Source: Bdellovibrionota bacterium
Lineage (GTDB): Bacteria > Bdellovibrionota_C > UBA2361 > CALJRW01
Assembly: GCA_041740355.1 (NCBI GenBank)
Contig: JBGSMD010000051.1
Coordinates: 140,487 to 204,486 of the forward strand
Length of the DNA: 64,000 nt
Direction of reading: 5' to 3'
In this document: positions 61,362 to 64,000 of the stretch, piece by piece
Position numbering within the stretch: position 1 is the first letter of the stretch
Layout of the letters: each line of letters opens with the position of its first letter
Notes under the pieces: model-generated
The model's input: the letters and a program-made list of their open reading frames with translations, nothing else
Told to the model about the DNA's origin: nothing
Database searches by the model: none
Translations under genes and position numbers: made by a program

Positions 61362-62726
61362 ATGACAAAAACTGCAAAATTAATCCTTCCTGATCAAGAA
61401 ATAGAGCTACCTATTATTATAGGCTCAGAAAACGAGCATGCGATAGACATTAGTAAGCTCCGTTCGCAAACAGGATATATTACTCTAGATCCAGGATATG
61501 GCAACACTGGCTCCTGCTTATCATCAATCACCTTCATTGATGGAGAAAAAGGAATTTTACGTCACCGTGGTTATGAAATCGAAGATCTCGCTAAGAAATC
61601 AACTTTTATTGAAGTTTCTTACCTTTTAATTTATGGAACATTTCCCAAGAAAGATCAGCTAGAAAAATTCCGTACCCAAATCAGAAAATATTCGCTGATT
61701 CATGAAGACATGAAACAATTCTTCTCTGCTTACCCAAGCTCAGCGCACCCCATGGGGATTTTATCTTCGATGGTTTGCTCGCTTTCAGCCTTTAACCCTG
61801 AGTTATTAATGCCGAATGTCAAGACGACTGAGGAAGATCGCAACCTAATTATAACCCACTTACTTTCCAAAGTTCGCGTACTAGCAGCATTTGCTTATAA
61901 ACGTTCAGTTGGACAAAAATTTATTTACCCAAGAAATGATTACGATTATATCGAGAATTTCTTACACATGATGTTTACAACTCCACTGGATGATTATGTC
62001 ATTCTTCCGGAAGTAAAAAAGGCGATGGAGTTATTGTTTATACTGCATGCCGATCATGAACAAAACTGTTCAGCATCCACAGTACGTATGGTGGGATCAT
62101 CTAAAGCTAATTTGTACGCTGCAGTTTCTGCCGGTATCTGTGCACTTTGGGGACCACTTCATGGTGGAGCCAATCAAAAAGTTATTGAGATGTTAGAAGA
62201 AATTCAAGCAGATGGTGGTGGATTTCAGAAGTTTATCGATCGCGCCAAAGACAAGAATGATAGCTTCAAATTAATGGGCTTTGGCCACCGTGTTTATAAA
62301 AACTATGATCCTCGCGCCAAGATAATTAAAAAGGCGTGTGATGAATTACTAGAGAAACTTGGTATAAATGATCCAATCTTGGAAATTGCTAAGCGCTTAG
62401 AAGAAGCGGCGCTAAGTGATCCATATTTCGTAGAACGCAAACTTTATCCTAATGTTGATTTCTATTCAGGAATTATGTACCGAGCAATAGGAATTCCAAC
62501 GAATATGTTTACCGTAATGTTTGCTTTAGGAAGACTTCCTGGTTGGATCTCACAGTGGAAAGAAATGGTGGAAGAACCAAATCAGACAATCGCTCGTCCT
62601 CGTCAGATTTACACTGGCCCAACGCTTCAAGAGTCTAAGGATTTAAAGTCTAATTACACAAGTGCGGCAGTCTTCTACAAGGGAGTAAAGAAAAAAATCT
62701 CTCAAGGGATTGCGATGTTTTTCTAA
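61362..62726 (+). CDS. gltA: Citrate synthase (type II)
   Basis: DPGYGNT, HADHEQN, GPLHGGANQ, GFGHRVY, YPNVDFYSG, RPRQIY. Confidence 0.97.
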   Translation: MTKTAKLILPDQEIELPIIIGSENEHAIDISKLRSQTGYITLDPGYGNTGSCLSSITFIDGEKGILRHRGYEIEDLAKKSTFIEVSYLLIYGTFPKKDQLEKFRTQIRKYSLIHEDMKQFFSAYPSSAHPMGILSSMVCSLSAFNPELLMPNVKTTEEDRNLIITHLLSKVRVLAAFAYKRSVGQKFIYPRNDYDYIENFLHMMFTTPLDDYVILPEVKKAMELLFILHADHEQNCSASTVRMVGSSKANLYAAVSAGICALWGPLHGGANQKVIEMLEEIQADGGGFQKFIDRAKDKNDSFKLMGFGHRVYKNYDPRAKIIKKACDELLEKLGINDPILEIAKRLEEAALSDPYFVERKLYPNVDFYSGIMYRAIGIPTNMFTVMFALGRLPGWISQWKEMVEEPNQTIARPRQIYTGPTLQESKDLKSNYTSAAVFYKGVKKKISQGIAMFF

Positions 62727-63040
62727 TGTGAAATTTTAGTAAATTAAAATATTTACTGTCTACATAAGCTTGCATTTGAAAACTACTTTACTGTCAAAAA
62801 AATGTTTGCATCTTCAATGACTTGGTAGTTTTTCAGCAAGCCCTACATAATCTATCCGTAGGTAGGTGATAGTCAATTATTAAAAATATAGTGAACCAAA
62901 AAAACAATTTCAGAAATAATCTTATTAAGTAAATACAAGAAATTTATTAGTCGCGCTAATCAAACTAACTGTTACTAATATAGTAATTACTATTGTTTCT
63001 AATTGTCTGGTGACAATTACTTTTTATCACTCCAGTTGTA

Positions 63041-63418
63041 TTAACCTACTTTTTGAATCCACATATTGCACCATCCGGCTTCAGTGACCAAACCTTCAGT
63101 AAACAAAGTGCAAGTTCCGTATTTACCAGGCTTTCCTGCAACATCCAATCCATTCTTAACAAGTAATTGACAGCTAGAGCAAAACTGCTTTGATCCGACA
63201 TCTCCAGCTCTTTTTGGAAACTTTACTACGTCAACTTTAGTAGCATCCTCAGCATAACCAAATTGAACCGCCTTAGGTAAGGCAGGGTCTAAAGCCACAT
63301 TGCTTACTTCAAGTGCATAGACTTTATCAGGCTTGATCAAAATATTTGCCACAGGAATACTCGCGGCAGTATATCCAAGTACTTTTAATAGTTTTCTTCT
63401 AGTAATAGGTGTGTTCAT
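63041..63418 (-). CDS. High-potential iron-sulfur protein (HiPIP) with Tat signal
   Basis: TRRKLLK twin-arginine signal; QFCSSC...GTCTLF...V...GWCNMW four-Cys HiPIP pattern. Confidence 0.85.
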   Translation of the reverse strand: MNTPITRRKLLKVLGYTAASIPVANILIKPDKVYALEVSNVALDPALPKAVQFGYAEDATKVDVVKFPKRAGDVGSKQFCSSCQLLVKNGLDVAGKPGKYGTCTLFTEGLVTEAGWCNMWIQKVG

Positions 63419-63719
63419 TTTCTTAACAAATTTAAAATTTTTGAAAGTCCTATAAATACATTAGGAAATAAATAAATTAATCCTAATAGGATCTTAATCG
63501 CAAAGTTACCTAAGACAAATCTTTTCAAGAACCCCTGAGAGATTCGGCTAGTTAGCAATAAAAAATGTGAATTTTAACTCCAAAATCCTATTAATTGTCC
63601 TAAGAAATATTTATATTCAAAAAAACTTATATCAAGGAAACTCTACTGAATTAATTTTCCTTAGGGTACGTTAATAGTCAGAGGCTACTAAGTCAACGTG
63701 GCAAAATGTCACATCATTA

Positions 63720-63813
63720 ATAGTTATAGCAAAAAATAATTTACGTTGATCGGAATGATTAATAACGAATTTTTATTACAACTGTATGATATGATTGTTC
63801 CTCTGGAGGATAC
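63720..63813. repeat. Degenerate family A repeat, inverted orientation
   Basis: atagttatagcaaaaaataatttacg...tttttattacaactgtatgatatgattgttcctctggaggatac aligns to 41555-41649. Confidence 0.55.
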
Positions 63814-63860
63814 AACTATCATTAGGGAAGAATCTAAAAAGTGAGTCGGCTAACATAAGT

Positions 63861-64000
63861 TGATCTTCGCCAGTTTTCTGGACAGTAATCCCTATTAAAA
63901 GACTAAGGTTGCCGATTTTGGTAAACTAATTTTAATAGGAGAAAACAGATGGGAAAGAGATTAAGCCAAGAGCTAAAAGATGAAGCGATTCGCCTAGTTG
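63861..64000 (+). mobile_element. Left end of an IS3-family insertion sequence (truncated by the window)
   Basis: IRL-like TGATCTTCGCCAGTTTTCTGGACA starting with the IS3-type TG; SD aggag then OrfA from ATG 63949 MGKRLSQELKDEAIRLV. Confidence 0.8.

Noticed and set aside
1-64000. tRNA, rRNA, prophage, CRISPR-Cas or recognisable anti-phage defence genes
   Set aside because: None recognised by eye in the ORFs or intergenic regions

Overview
AT-rich bacterial chromosomal window, probably from a delta-proteobacterial/Bdellovibrionota-like Gram-negative organism (inferred from gene content, not tested). It is mostly housekeeping and respiratory: mscL, purC, def-fmt-rpe-plsY, a stand-alone rpsD, ilvE, clpX, hda-murA, an ArsR-rhodanese-CoA persulfide reductase module, hemN, a cbb3 oxidase cluster (ccoNO-Q-P-G, rrf2, DsbD_2-like, ccoI-S), ohr/OYE/ArsR, hemH-apaG, a PilB/GspE-receiver fusion, sufBCD, greB, gltA, a HiPIP and the left end of an IS3-family element. 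The most striking signal is non-coding. The 1.37-kb gap between apaG and the PilB-like gene holds a ~580-600 nt (+)-strand stretch (about 53735-54335) folded by hand into >15 hairpins, with multi-way junctions, a 5'/3' closing stem, two loop-loop complementarities, two GUAC-loop hairpins and an intrinsic terminator. This is a candidate large 'ornate' ncRNA of ROOL/GOLLD/OLE size. Other notable features are a second structured candidate RNA upstream of def, a four-site AATAGAY-N6-RTCTATT operator suggesting an Rrf2-controlled cbb3/heme regulon, two families of dispersed intergenic palindromic repeats, a Cys-to-Asp MurA and a degenerate orphan CysD. All RNA structures were paired by eye; no folding or database search was run.
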